Assembly: GCA_027420455.1 (NCBI GenBank)
Contig: DAIBJA010000078.1
Span: 69,669 to 133,668 of the forward strand
Origin: Clostridia bacterium
GTDB taxonomy: Bacteria; Bacillota; Sulfobacillia; JAJZYS01; JAJYTV01
Length of the DNA stretch: 64,000 nucleotides
Direction of reading: 5' to 3'
The position numbers were made by a program, and so were the translations under genes. The notes below the pieces were generated by a model that was given only the letters and a program-made list of their open reading frames with translations, searched no databases and was not told the DNA's origin. Shown piece by piece: positions 46,654 through 56,437 of this stretch (the first letter of the stretch is position 1; every line of letters starts with the position of its first letter).

Positions 46654-47360
46654 CAGAGTGTCCCTCCCTGCATCGCGGTCGCGAGTCCCGCCGCGAGGAT
46701 GCGCAAACCGTCGGTCCTGCCGATCGCGGGCCACGCCGCCCGCTCGGGGTGCGGCATCATGCCGAGGACGCGGCCGCCCTCCGCCAGGACGCCAGCGACA
46801 CTGGCGTAGGAGCCGTTCGGGTTGTAGTCCCCGGCCGTCTCGCCGTGCGGCCCACAGTAGGTGAACGCGATGCGGCCCTCATCCTTCAGGCGCCGATACT
46901 CGTCCTCCGTCAGCCGGTAGTTGCCTTCCTGGTGCGCGATAGGCAGCGTCAGGACGTCGCCTGCGGCGAACGCATCGAGAAACGGCGACGCGGCACGCTC
47001 GACGCGTAGCGCCACGTCGCGGCAGATGAAGTGCTGCACGGTGTTCGCCTGGAAGGCGCCGGGCAGGATGCCCGCTTCGACGAGCACTTGAAAGCCGTTG
47101 CAGATGCCGAGGACGAGGCCGCCGCGCGCGATCAGCGCCCTGACTCCCTCGATGGCCGGGGAACGGGCCGCCAAAGCGCCGGCGCGCAGGTAGTCGCCGT
47201 GCGCGAAGCCTCCCGGCAGGACGCAGAACTGACTTCCCGAGAGGTCCGCGCCGTCGTGCCACTGACGCGTCACCTGCCAGCCTGGCAGGGCCTCCCTGAG
47301 GGCGATCTCGGTATCGACGTCGCAGTTGGAGCCCGGGAAGACGAGAATGTCGGCTCTCAT
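46653..47360 (-). CDS. purQ: Phosphoribosylformylglycinamidine synthase subunit PurQ (glutaminase)
   Basis: ILVFPGSNCD, LGICNGFQ, MMPHPER. Confidence 0.95.
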   Translation of the reverse strand: MRADILVFPGSNCDVDTEIALREALPGWQVTRQWHDGADLSGSQFCVLPGGFAHGDYLRAGALAARSPAIEGVRALIARGGLVLGICNGFQVLVEAGILPGAFQANTVQHFICRDVALRVERAASPFLDAFAAGDVLTLPIAHQEGNYRLTEDEYRRLKDEGRIAFTYCGPHGETAGDYNPNGSYASVAGVLAEGGRVLGMMPHPERAAWPAIGRTDGLRILAAGLATAMQGGTL

Positions 47361-47608
47361 CGCGGTGCGATCTCGAGGTCGAAGTCCTCGAGCACGGGAT
47401 TGACGAGAAGTTCCGCCGCCATGCGGCGCACCTCCGCTTCGGCCAGCTCGAGCGAGGCGGCGTCCACGGTCAGTTCGATCAGCTTGCCTACAGCGACGTC
47501 GCGGGCCGAAAAGCCGAGATCGCGCAGGGCATGTCCCACCGCCTGGCCGGCGGGGTCGAGCACGCCGGACCTGAGGCGCACCCCGAGCTGAGCGCGATAC
47601 TCAGGCAT
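47357..47608 (-). CDS. purS: Phosphoribosylformylglycinamidine synthase subunit PurS
   Basis: 83 aa; VLDPAGQAVGHALRDLGF; positioned between purC and purQ. Confidence 0.9.
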   Translation of the reverse strand: MPEYRAQLGVRLRSGVLDPAGQAVGHALRDLGFSARDVAVGKLIELTVDAASLELAEAEVRRMAAELLVNPVLEDFDLEIAPR

Positions 47609-48314
47609 GCGCGGCCACCAGACGGCGCAGGACTTCCTGGTACGCTTCCTCGACGCCGCCGAGGTCCTGGCGGAAACGGTCCTTGTCGAGCTTCTGGCGG
47701 GTCTCGCCGTCCCACAGGCGGCAGGTGTCGGGAGTGACCTCGTCGCCGAGGACGATCTCGTTGCCGCGGCGCCCGAACTCGAGCTTGAAGTCGACGAGGA
47801 CCAGGTCGGCCGCGAGGAAGTATGCCTGGAGAAGGCTGTTCACCTTGCGGCCGAGCGCCTTGACCGCGGCGATCTCCTCGGCGGTCGCAAGTCCGAGGGC
47901 TAGGGCGTGGTCGTCGTTGATCAGCGGGTCGCCGAGGTCGTCGTCCTTGAGGTAGAGCTCGACGATGCCCTCCGCGAACGTGCGTCCCTCTTCGATCCCG
48001 AGCCGCTTCACGAGCGAACCGGCGGCCACATTGCGCATCACGACCTCGAGTTTGAGCATCGCGAGCCCATCGACCAGGAGATCGCGTTCCCCCACCTGCT
48101 CCCGCAGATGCGTCGGGATGCCGTGGCTCTGGAGGTACTGGAAGACCCGCCGCGTGACTTCGGCATTGACGATGCCCTTGTCGCCGATCGTGCCGCGCTT
48201 GAGTCCGTTCTGCGCCGTCGCGTCGTCCTTGAACTCCATCCAGAAGACGTTCTCCTGCTCCGTGCGGTAGATGCGCTTGGCCTTGCCCTCGTACACGAAC
48301 TCGCCCTTCTGCAT
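47601..48314 (-). CDS. purC: SAICAR synthase
   Basis: YEGKAKRIY...DFKLEFG...DEVTPDTCRLWD. Confidence 0.95.
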   Translation of the reverse strand: MQKGEFVYEGKAKRIYRTEQENVFWMEFKDDATAQNGLKRGTIGDKGIVNAEVTRRVFQYLQSHGIPTHLREQVGERDLLVDGLAMLKLEVVMRNVAAGSLVKRLGIEEGRTFAEGIVELYLKDDDLGDPLINDDHALALGLATAEEIAAVKALGRKVNSLLQAYFLAADLVLVDFKLEFGRRGNEIVLGDEVTPDTCRLWDGETRQKLDKDRFRQDLGGVEEAYQEVLRRLVAAHA

Positions 48315-49621
48315 TACGCTTCCTCCTCCCGAATACCGGCGCGCCTTAGGATCTCATCGACATGCACGAGGTAGCCGGTGACATCGAAGAGTGCCTCGAG
48401 TTCCTGCGGGGGGATGCGCTCGGTCACCCGCGTGTCGTGGAGCAGGGCCCCGCGGAAGTCCCCACCTTGAGCCAGGGCCGCCATCGCGTGGCCCTGCACG
48501 ATGGCATAGGCGTCCTCCCGGCTGAGGCCCGTCTCGACCAGCCGGAGCAGCACGCGCTGCGAAAAGACGAGGCCGCCGCTGCCCCAGATGTTGCGTTCCA
48601 TGTTCGCGCGATCGATCTTCATGCCGCGGATGAGCCACGTCATGTCGCGCAGCAGGAAGTCCAGAAGCAGCGCGGCGTCTGGCAGGGCGACGCGTTCCAC
48701 GGAGGAGTGCGAGATGTCCCGCTCGTGCCAGAGCGCGACGTCCTCGAGTCCCGCGACGAGATAGCCGCGCAAAAGGCGCGCCAGACCGCAGATGCGCTCC
48801 GCCACCACCGGGTTGCGTTTGTGCGGCATGGCGGAGCTGCCCTTCTGGCCCGTTGCGAACGGCTCTTCGAGCTCGCGCACCTCGCTGCGCTGCAAGGAGC
48901 GCACCTCGGTCGCGATTTTTTCAAGGCTGGCGCCGGTCAGGGCAACGCTGAACAGCCATTCCGCATGGCGGTCCCGCTGCACGATCTGCGTCGGCACCGT
49001 CTCAGGGACGAGACCGAGCGCAGCGAGCGCCTGCCTTTCGATCTCCGGCGGCAGCTCCGCATAGGTGCCGACCGCACCGGCGATCTTGCCGACAGCCACC
49101 GCGGCGCGGGCGCGTTCGAGACGTTCACGGTCGCGGCCGAGCTCGGCGTACCAGAGAGCAAGCTTGAGTCCGAAGCTCGTCGGTTCCGCGTGGATGCCGT
49201 GGGTCCGCCCGATCACCGGCGTCCGGCGCTCTTCCCAGGCCCGCCGGGCAAGCACCTCACGCAGAGCGTCGATATCCCCCAGGAGTACGTCGGTCGCCTC
49301 GCGCAGCGCCATGCCCCACGCCGTGTCCACCACGTCGGACGAAGTCAGGCCGTAGTGCAGGTAGCGCGCCGCGGGTCCCACGCTCTCGGCGATGCCCTGG
49401 GTGAAGGCGACGACGTCATGCCGCACCGTCGCCTCGATCGCGAGGATGCGGTCCACATCGATCACGGCGCGGCCTCGGATCTCGTCGACGGCTGCGCGCG
49501 GCACCGTTCCGGCGTCCGCGAGCGCGTCGAGCACCGCGAGTTCGACCTCGAGCCAGCGCCTGTACTGCGCCTCAAGGCTGAAGGTCTCCGCGAACTCCTT
49601 GCGGGAGTAGCGCTCGATCAT
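48314..49621 (-). CDS. purB: Adenylosuccinate lyase
   Basis: MIERYSR...[11 protein letters not shown] signature. Confidence 0.95.
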   Translation of the reverse strand: MIERYSRKEFAETFSLEAQYRRWLEVELAVLDALADAGTVPRAAVDEIRGRAVIDVDRILAIEATVRHDVVAFTQGIAESVGPAARYLHYGLTSSDVVDTAWGMALREATDVLLGDIDALREVLARRAWEERRTPVIGRTHGIHAEPTSFGLKLALWYAELGRDRERLERARAAVAVGKIAGAVGTYAELPPEIERQALAALGLVPETVPTQIVQRDRHAEWLFSVALTGASLEKIATEVRSLQRSEVRELEEPFATGQKGSSAMPHKRNPVVAERICGLARLLRGYLVAGLEDVALWHERDISHSSVERVALPDAALLLDFLLRDMTWLIRGMKIDRANMERNIWGSGGLVFSQRVLLRLVETGLSREDAYAIVQGHAMAALAQGGDFRGALLHDTRVTERIPPQELEALFDVTGYLVHVDEILRRAGIREEEA

Positions 49622-50136
49622 CGGCTGGCCTCCAGGTAGCCTTGCGGTCCCAGTTCCTGCAGGCGGCGGTCCTTGGCCTCGAGTCCGATGCGCTGCGCCT
49701 CGCGCACCCGCTGGAGCCGTGCCGCGAGCTCCGGGTCCGTGAGCGCGAGGATCTGCGCTGCAAGATAGGCGGCGTTGTCGCCGCGATCGATGCCCACCGT
49801 CGCGACCGGCATGCCCTTCGGCATCTGCACCGTGCTGTAGAGCGCGTCCACGCCCGAGAGCGCCGACCCGCTCAGCGGCACGCCGATGACCGGCAGCAGC
49901 GTGCGGGCGGCCACGGCGCCCGCCAGGTGCGCCGCCATGCCGGCGGCGGCGATGATCACGCGAATGCCTCGCCCGGCTGCGCCCTGCGCCAGCTCGCCGA
50001 CGCGCAGGGGGTCTCGGTGCGCGGATGCCAACGCCATCTCGAACGGCACCTCGAGCTCCTCAAAAACCGACAGGAGACCTTGCATGCGCGGCAGGTCGGA
50101 GTCGCTGCCAAGCAACACGAGCACGTACGGCTGCAT
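49618..50136 (-). CDS. purE: 5-(carboxyamino)imidazole ribonucleotide mutase
   Basis: VLVLLGSDSDLPRM...AGMAAHLAG. ATG at 50136 with a GGAGGGA RBS. purB follows directly; no purK is present. Confidence 0.9.
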   Translation of the reverse strand: MQPYVLVLLGSDSDLPRMQGLLSVFEELEVPFEMALASAHRDPLRVGELAQGAAGRGIRVIIAAAGMAAHLAGAVAARTLLPVIGVPLSGSALSGVDALYSTVQMPKGMPVATVGIDRGDNAAYLAAQILALTDPELAARLQRVREAQRIGLEAKDRRLQELGPQGYLEASR

Positions 50137-50184
50137 GAGATCCCTCCACGTCCAGACTAACGCCTGCATGGGACAGGGTCAATC

Positions 50185-50228
50185 AAAACCGAACGTTTTT
50201 AACCTTTGTGGCTTATTCGTTCGGAATT
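50185..50228 (-). promoter_or_regulatory. PurR operator: two inverted PurBoxes upstream of purE
   Basis: AAAACCGAACGTT (50185-50197) and, on the other strand, AATTCCGAACGAA (50216-50228). Both fit the consensus AWWWCCGAACWWT, with an ~18-nt spacer. A TTGACC -35-like hexamer lies just downstream on the minus strand. Confidence 0.7.
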
Positions 50229-50324
50229 GGTTGGGAGAATCAGGTCCGTTCGTCCCTCAACGCACCCGCCCTGAAGGTGTAGTCTCGATGTAGACGCCCC
50301 GGCTATGCAGGAGGGGAGCGGAGG

Positions 50325-50864
50325 TTGGAGCAGACGGAGTTGCCCGAGGACATCGAATCCCTTTCAAAGGAACAGTTGCGCGAGCTCCTGTCCGACATGG
50401 CCAAGCGCTGGCTCGCCCATGACGGGCTCTGGTTCCAGGCGGTCGAACGCGCCCATGGCATGGACGAGGCCATCCGCCTGGATGCAGAAGCCTGGTACGG
50501 CATGACCCGAGGCGAGGCACAGCGCATCCTGCGCTTCCTCGGGGTGTCGGCCGGCGGCGGGCTCGACCTGCTCGAACGCGCGCTGCGTTTCCGCCTCTAC
50601 GCTCTTCTCAACGACCAGGAGTCCGAGAGGGTCGGCGACGACACGCTCATCTTTCGCATGCGCACCTGCCGCGTGCAGGAGGCGAGGCGGCGCAAGGGCC
50701 TGCCCGACTTCCCCTGCAAGGAGGTCGGCAAGGTGGAGTACAGCGGATTCGCTGCCTCGATCGATCCCCGCATCAAGACAGAGGTCATTGCCTGCCCGCC
50801 CGACGACGAACCGCGCGACTACGCCTGCGCCTGGCGCTTCACGCTCAAAGATGAGGGCGCTTGA
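50325..50864 (+). CDS. Conserved hypothetical cytosolic protein
   Basis: Coding-like ORF (WLAHDGLWFQAVERAHG...). The family is not confidently recognised. Confidence 0.5.
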   Translation: MEQTELPEDIESLSKEQLRELLSDMAKRWLAHDGLWFQAVERAHGMDEAIRLDAEAWYGMTRGEAQRILRFLGVSAGGGLDLLERALRFRLYALLNDQESERVGDDTLIFRMRTCRVQEARRRKGLPDFPCKEVGKVEYSGFAASIDPRIKTEVIACPPDDEPRDYACAWRFTLKDEGA

Positions 50865-50972
50865 ACGCGGGTCTCGTCACCGGCCGAAGGAAGGATCAAG
50901 AGCGCAGTGCTCGCCCGAAGGAGCGCTGCGCTCTTCGCTTGGCGGTGGGAAAGTCGCTGCGGCAGCCCGTCT

Positions 50973-52328
50973 TCAGATGGCTGGCGGCGCCGTGAGCAGG
51001 GCCTGAAGGTCCGGCGCCGTGTTTCCCAGGCGCGCCTCCACCTCGCGCAACGCGGTCCTGAGGGCATCGGGCATGTGCAGGGCCATGTACGTCTCGCGGC
51101 AGTGCAGCAGAGCCTCCGCCGCGCACCCCGGTCGGCCGTCCGTCGCGCATGCGATCGCCTGGCGCGCCATGAGCTCGGCAAGGCGCTCCCAGTCCCTGGC
51201 CCGGCGCGCGTGCTCGATGCCGATGGCGGCGAATCGCACGGACGCCTCGGCATCGCCGCGCGCAAGTCTCTGATCGACGAGTCCGAGGCAGCTCAAGACG
51301 CACAGCGCGTCGTCGCCTGCGGACCGCGCCGCCGCGAGGCACTCTTCCGCCTCTTCTGCGTCGTCATGCGCCGCGAGGCGCACGAGCCCCGCGAGCGTGC
51401 TCAGCCGGAGCGCGAGGCGCTCGTCCGCAAGTCCCTGCGCGAGAGGACGAACATTGTCGAGCTCGACCTGCGCCTCACGCAACCGTCCCTGCGCCAGCCG
51501 TATCTCGGCCAGAAGGAGCCTGGCGGCTGCTTCATCCCGCCCATCGCCGTACTGGCGGCAGATTCCCGCTGCCTGGCCCGCGCTCTCCGCAGCCTCCTCC
51601 GCCATGCCGCTGCGCAGCAGGATGCGGCCGAGCTCGATCCGTGCGCGGCTGTGGACACGGTCGCGCTGCGCCGTATGTCTGAGCGCCCGCTCGAGAGAGC
51701 TCCGGGCGCTCACGAGATCGCCGCGGTCGCGGTACGCCATGGCTGCGGTCACGTAGCACTGTCCCAGAAGGCGCGACGAGCCTTCCCGCCCGTATACCTC
51801 GAGGGCGTCGGTCGTCGCCTGGAGTGCGTCCTCCGTATGACCGGCACGGCGCAAGGCGTCGGCGTAGCGCAGGAGAGACTGTCCATGCAGCGCGGAGCTT
51901 TCGCTGGCCCCGGCCACGCGGCTTGCCTGCTCGAGCATGTCGAGTTCGCTCTCCTGCTCGCCGTGCAGGCCGAGGCGTCGAGCAGCCTCCCAGAGGCGTG
52001 TCACGTCCTCCAAGCGGTACGAATTGTCCAGTTCTGGCGCGAGCCGCTTGACCGACGTGCCGAGTCGCGTCGCAATCACGCAGAGCAGGGACAGCGACGG
52101 TGCCACCTTGCCCTGTTCGATCTGGCTGACGTAGCCCTTGGAAAACGGCCGGCCGATCTCCTCCTGCGTCCAGCCCGCTTCGAGTCTCAGCCTGCGCACG
52201 CGAGCACCGATTGCGGCGAACGCCGCCGGACCGAGCGCCCGCGGCGCAAGGTGGTGCGCCCGTTCCGCAGCGTCTTGCATTTCGGCAGGCAGAGCAGAGG
52301 CGTACCAATCCTCCGTGAAACATCCCAT
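50973..52328 (-). CDS. XRE-type HTH regulator with a C-terminal TPR-like repeat domain
   Basis: IGARVRRLRLEAGWTQEEIGRPFSKGYVSQIEQGKVAPSLSLL HTH, followed by an Ala/Leu-rich helical repeat region. The start MGCFTEDW at 52328 is inferred. Confidence 0.7.
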   Translation of the reverse strand: MGCFTEDWYASALPAEMQDAAERAHHLAPRALGPAAFAAIGARVRRLRLEAGWTQEEIGRPFSKGYVSQIEQGKVAPSLSLLCVIATRLGTSVKRLAPELDNSYRLEDVTRLWEAARRLGLHGEQESELDMLEQASRVAGASESSALHGQSLLRYADALRRAGHTEDALQATTDALEVYGREGSSRLLGQCYVTAAMAYRDRGDLVSARSSLERALRHTAQRDRVHSRARIELGRILLRSGMAEEAAESAGQAAGICRQYGDGRDEAAARLLLAEIRLAQGRLREAQVELDNVRPLAQGLADERLALRLSTLAGLVRLAAHDDAEEAEECLAAARSAGDDALCVLSCLGLVDQRLARGDAEASVRFAAIGIEHARRARDWERLAELMARQAIACATDGRPGCAAEALLHCRETYMALHMPDALRTALREVEARLGNTAPDLQALLTAPPAI

Positions 52329-52660
52329 GGCCCGGGCCCCGCCTTCCAGGACGGCTTTGTATTGGGAAGATTTTCTTCCTCCGCCATAATACCGGCCTCC
52401 CTCCAGTGGGCCTTCCGCTCCCTGGACGTTCCTGGCTCCTGCCCATTGGCCGAGCTTTGCTGTCCATATGTACCAGTCCCCGCCCGCATCTGTCAGGGGG
52501 CGGATCCGCCGCGACACCCGCCGCACGCCATGTCCCTTTGCCCGCGTCGTCGCGACGATGTCCCGGCATCGACAGGACATCCCGCAGACGCTCCGAGCCT
52601 GACCGGAGGCGGCCGTTCGTCCGGACGGCGTTTCAATCCTTATAGACATGGCCGCGCAGC

Positions 52661-53650
52661 GTGCCCGGTGCTATGATGTTCGCCGGATTCATACGCTTAC
52701 CGGTGCAACGGAAAGGGCGACGCACATTGGACAGTACGCAATTCTTGCGTCAATTGATTCTTCGCCTCGCTGGCTCGCCATCAGTCTCCCGCTTCGTGCA
52801 CAAGCACGACAAGACGCTCGGAGCGCGCCGCTTCTTTGCGGGTGTCACGCTTGAAGACGCTATTGCCGCGATCAGGCAGCTGAATGGGCAGGGCATCCTC
52901 GCCACCCTCGACCACCTGGGAGAGAGCGTGACGAACGCGAAGGATGCCGAGGTGCAGGCGAACGCCTACATCGAAGTGCTCCACGCCATAGCCGATGCCA
53001 AGGTCGACGCCAACGTCTCGATCAAGCTGACGCAGATGGGGCTCGACGTCGGTCGCGAGGAGTGTCTCGGCAACATGCGGCGCATCGTCGCGGCCGCCAA
53101 GGAGAGCCAGAACTTCGTCCGCATCGACATGGAAGACTCGCAGCACGTCGACGCCACGCTCGACGTGGTCTACACGCTGCGGCGGGACTACGACAAGATC
53201 GGCACGGTTCTGCAGTCCTACCTCTACCGCACCAAGAACGACCTGGATCGCCTGATCGGCGACGGCGTCACCGTCCGCATCGTCAAGGGTGCCTATCTCG
53301 AGCCTGAGAGCGTCGCCTTCCCGCAGAAGGCCGATGTCGACCGCAGCTATCTCGAACTCGTCGACACTTGCCTGAAACGCGGCCATTATGTCGCAATCGC
53401 CACCCATGACGAGGCGATCATCCAGCAGGTGGACGCCTGGGTGAAGGAACGCAAGCTCCCGCGCGAACGCTTCGAGTTCCAGATGCTCTACGGCATCCGT
53501 TCGGCGCGCCAGCGCGAGCTTGCGGCGGCCGGCTACCGCGTCCGCTGCTACGTCCCCTACGGCACCGACTGGTACGCCTACTTCATGCGGCGCCTAGCCG
53601 AGCGCCCCGCCAACCTAGGCTTCATGCTGCGCTCCTTGTGGCGCAAGTAA
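52661..53650 (+). CDS. Proline dehydrogenase
   Basis: RRFFAGVTLEDAIAAIRQLNGQGILATLDHLGES, VRIDMEDS, RIVKGAY, ATHD, YVPYG. Confidence 0.85.
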   Translation: MPGAMMFAGFIRLPVQRKGRRTLDSTQFLRQLILRLAGSPSVSRFVHKHDKTLGARRFFAGVTLEDAIAAIRQLNGQGILATLDHLGESVTNAKDAEVQANAYIEVLHAIADAKVDANVSIKLTQMGLDVGREECLGNMRRIVAAAKESQNFVRIDMEDSQHVDATLDVVYTLRRDYDKIGTVLQSYLYRTKNDLDRLIGDGVTVRIVKGAYLEPESVAFPQKADVDRSYLELVDTCLKRGHYVAIATHDEAIIQQVDAWVKERKLPRERFEFQMLYGIRSARQRELAAAGYRVRCYVPYGTDWYAYFMRRLAERPANLGFMLRSLWRK

Positions 53651-53797
53651 CGCTCGCGTGGAATCCTGAGGGCGACCATCGGGCATTGATCCCGTGAACC
53701 AGATAGCAGGAAAATACGAGCGGTCGGGCAGAACATCTTGCACGACCGCTCGCACTTGCTTGTCGGCGAGTCGCCGGCGAAGGGAACGTGATGCGCG

Positions 53798-54454
53798 GTG
53801 GCGACCAGCAATGTCGAACATTACCTCGAAGCGATCTACGTGCTCTCGGTGGAAACCCAGAACCCGTTCAGCGCCCGCATAGCGGAGTACCTGGGCGTTT
53901 CGGCGCCGAGCGTGACGCAGGCCATGCGGCGTCTGAAACGTGACGGGCTCGTCGAAGATGACGGCCGTAAGGCGCTCCGCCTCACCCCGAAGGGGCTCGT
54001 GGAGGCGGAGCAGGTAGTTCGCCGCCACCGCCTCGCGGAGCGCTGGGCCCATGACGTGCTCGGTCTCGACTGGGCGGAGTGCCACCAGGAGGCCCACCAT
54101 CTCGAACACGCGTTGACGCCGCTGCTCGAGGAGAGGCTGTGGCAGAGCCTCGGTCGACCGACCACCTGCCCGCATGGCAACCCGATTCCCGGCCTATCGC
54201 AGTCTGAGAGCTCGCCTCTGCGCACGCTCGCCGAAACACCCGCGGGCCTGCATGTCGTCGTCGATCGCGTCTTCGAGCAGGTGGAGGGCCTCGGCGAGTT
54301 CCTCCAGGAGCTGCAGCAGCAGGGCCTCGTGCCCGGCGCTGAACTGAAGATCCTCAAGAACACGCCAGACGGCCTCACCTGCGAGATGGGAGAGAAGAGC
54401 TTCACCGTTTCGCTCGAGACCGCGCGGCGCTTGGCGGTGCGCTCCACCGGCTGA
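53798..54454 (+). CDS. DtxR/MntR-family metal-dependent regulator with FeoA-like C-terminal domain
   Basis: VEHYLEAIYVL...SVTQAMRRLKRDGLV...RRHRLAERW. Confidence 0.85.
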   Translation: MATSNVEHYLEAIYVLSVETQNPFSARIAEYLGVSAPSVTQAMRRLKRDGLVEDDGRKALRLTPKGLVEAEQVVRRHRLAERWAHDVLGLDWAECHQEAHHLEHALTPLLEERLWQSLGRPTTCPHGNPIPGLSQSESSPLRTLAETPAGLHVVVDRVFEQVEGLGEFLQELQQQGLVPGAELKILKNTPDGLTCEMGEKSFTVSLETARRLAVRSTG

Positions 54455-54469
54455 TCCTGCGGCCGCGGC

Positions 54470-54799
54470 TTGGAAGGGGGCATAAAGGCGATGCGGCTAT
54501 GGCGCTGGCTCGTCCTCATCCTGGGCGTGTGGCAACTATCCTCCACCTATGCCCTGCACTTCCACAGCGGATTCAGCATGGCGAGCTCCGTAATCTTCGG
54601 CTTCTTCATCGCGCTTGCGGGGGTCATCGCAAATCTGGTGCCGGACCGCTGGCCCTTCGCCACGTCCGGTCTCTTCGGCCTCGGACTGGTGGCCCTGCCG
54701 TTCGTCCATCACACCGGTGCCGCCACCGACTTCGTCATCGTCGGCGCGCTGACTTGCGCCGCCAGCCTCATGGGCTACATCGAACGCCAGCACGTCTGA
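54470..54799 (+). CDS. Small integral membrane protein (SPW-repeat-like)
   Basis: Four predicted TM segments; weak resemblance to SPW-repeat proteins. Confidence 0.4.
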   Translation: MEGGIKAMRLWRWLVLILGVWQLSSTYALHFHSGFSMASSVIFGFFIALAGVIANLVPDRWPFATSGLFGLGLVALPFVHHTGAATDFVIVGALTCAASLMGYIERQHV

Positions 54800-54802
54800 C
54801 GG

Positions 54803-55654
54803 CTAGCGGGCGAGCCTGAACACGCGGTACGTCTCTTCGGTGCGGAAGCCTAAGTTCCGGTAGAGCGCGAGTGCCGGCTCGTTCGGCTGGCAGACGGCGA
54901 GGTGCAGCCTGCGCGCTCCGGCGCGTGTGGCCTGTGCAGCCGTGCGCAAGAGGAGTTCGCGGCCGTACCCCTGCCCGCGGCACTCGGGCACCGTGCCGAG
55001 GAAACTCACGACCCAATCGCTCGGCGCAGGGCCATAGCGGTCCAGAAGGGCCATGCCTGCCGGTCGGCCGTCCGGCTGCAGGCCAAGGTACCAGCGCCTG
55101 CCGTCGGGCCCGTGGTCCTGGGCGCTCTGAAAGGCCAGCGCCGCCTGAGGATTCTGCCGGTCCTCGAGCGACATGGGAGATCGGCACTCGACGAGGCAGC
55201 GCGCGTAGGTTTCGACGAAGAGGTCCTCCTGGTCCGCTGCGAACGGCAGGAGCCTAAGCCTCTCCTCTGGCGCGTTCGGCGCTGGCAGCCGCCTCTGCAT
55301 GCTGAAGCGGTGCACGAACTCTTGGAATCCCTGCTCGAGATAGGCGCGCCCGACGGGTCCAAGCCAACTCGCGTCGTAGTGGTAGACGCGTCGCACCTCG
55401 GACGGCAGTTCCCGGAGCATGGCGGCCAAGAGCAGCGGCAGATCGTCGATGCCAAGGGCGCCGGAGGCACTGCCGAGGAAGAACTGGTCCGGCCCGAACG
55501 GCAGACCCGCGAGCCAACCGGGGCTGGGCGAGCCAGGCCGCCCCACGACGATGGCGTCGGGGCCGAGGCTGCGTCCGATCGCGTGTCGCACCGCATCGCC
55601 ACGCCAGATTTCGACGGGCCGCCTTCCCTGCGCTGAAATCTCTGCCATGTCCAC
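54803..55654 (-). CDS. GNAT-family N-acetyltransferase
   Basis: PECRGQGYGRELLLRTAAQATRAGARRLHLAV...NEPALALYRNLGFR. Confidence 0.65.
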   Translation of the reverse strand: MDMAEISAQGRRPVEIWRGDAVRHAIGRSLGPDAIVVGRPGSPSPGWLAGLPFGPDQFFLGSASGALGIDDLPLLLAAMLRELPSEVRRVYHYDASWLGPVGRAYLEQGFQEFVHRFSMQRRLPAPNAPEERLRLLPFAADQEDLFVETYARCLVECRSPMSLEDRQNPQAALAFQSAQDHGPDGRRWYLGLQPDGRPAGMALLDRYGPAPSDWVVSFLGTVPECRGQGYGRELLLRTAAQATRAGARRLHLAVCQPNEPALALYRNLGFRTEETYRVFRLAR

Positions 55655-55660
55655 CCTGCC

Positions 55661-56437
55661 TTACGCTACAGGGAACGCATTGTGCTCGCGCTCCCAGGCG
55701 ACGCTCGTGACGGGGCCATGCCCGCAGTAGAGTACGGTGTCGTCCGGCGCCGCGAGGATGCGGCGCGCGGTCTCGAGCAGTACGGGATAGTTGCGGGCGC
55801 TGTCCGCCCGTCCGAGCGAGCCCGCGAAGATGGTGTCGCCAACGAAGGCGAGGCCATCGCCGAGAAAGGCGAGCATGTCCAGGCTGTGGCCCGGCGCGTA
55901 CATGACGTCGAGTCCGGCTACGCGCTCGCCGTTCTCGAGCGGCCGGGAGCCCGGGATGCGCCGGCTGAGTTCGGGATGGGCGTAGACCTCCACCCCTGGC
56001 GGCAGTGTGCCGAGACCGCCGACGTGGTCATGGTGGCCGTGCGTTATCAGCACGGCGTCCGGCGTGCGGCCAAGTGCCCCCAGGAGCCGCGGCACGTCGC
56101 CGCCGCAGTCGACGAGGAACACGGCGCCCGGACCCTCCACTGCGTAGGCGAAGGCGCCGACGTCCCGCGCGAAGACGGCGGTCACGGCATAGCCCTTGGG
56201 CGGTCGCTGCGGCGGAGGCTCCGCCGCGGCCGTGGCGATGGCGCGCAGGGGGCCCGCCCTCAGGCCGAGCACGGCCGCGAGGTGCTCCACCTCGCTCGAG
56301 GTCGGCATCTGACCAGCCTCGAGCGCCTCAAGCCGCAGCGGAGCGAGGTTGGCGTCGCTGGCGACGGCGACCGTCGTGCGTCCCAACCCGGCACGCGCCT
56401 TGCGGATGATGTCGCAGAAGTCGTCCTCGAGCGGCAT
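55661..56437 (-). CDS. XRE-like HTH domain fused to an MBL-fold hydrolase (glyoxalase II-like)
   Basis: N-terminal IRKARAGLGRTTVAVASDANLAPLRLEALEAGQ; MBL motif ITHGHHDHVGG. Confidence 0.75.
   Translation of the reverse strand: MPLEDDFCDIIRKARAGLGRTTVAVASDANLAPLRLEALEAGQMPTSSEVEHLAAVLGLRAGPLRAIATAAAEPPPQRPPKGYAVTAVFARDVGAFAYAVEGPGAVFLVDCGGDVPRLLGALGRTPDAVLITHGHHDHVGGLGTLPPGVEVYAHPELSRRIPGSRPLENGERVAGLDVMYAPGHSLDMLAFLGDGLAFVGDTIFAGSLGRADSARNYPVLLETARRILAAPDDTVLYCGHGPVTSVAWEREHNAFPVA

Noticed and set aside
50137-50325. Purine (guanine/adenine) riboswitch upstream of purE.
   Set aside because: The leader between the putative promoter and the start codon is only about 50 nt and lacks the conserved three-way junction sequence. 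PurBoxes are present instead.
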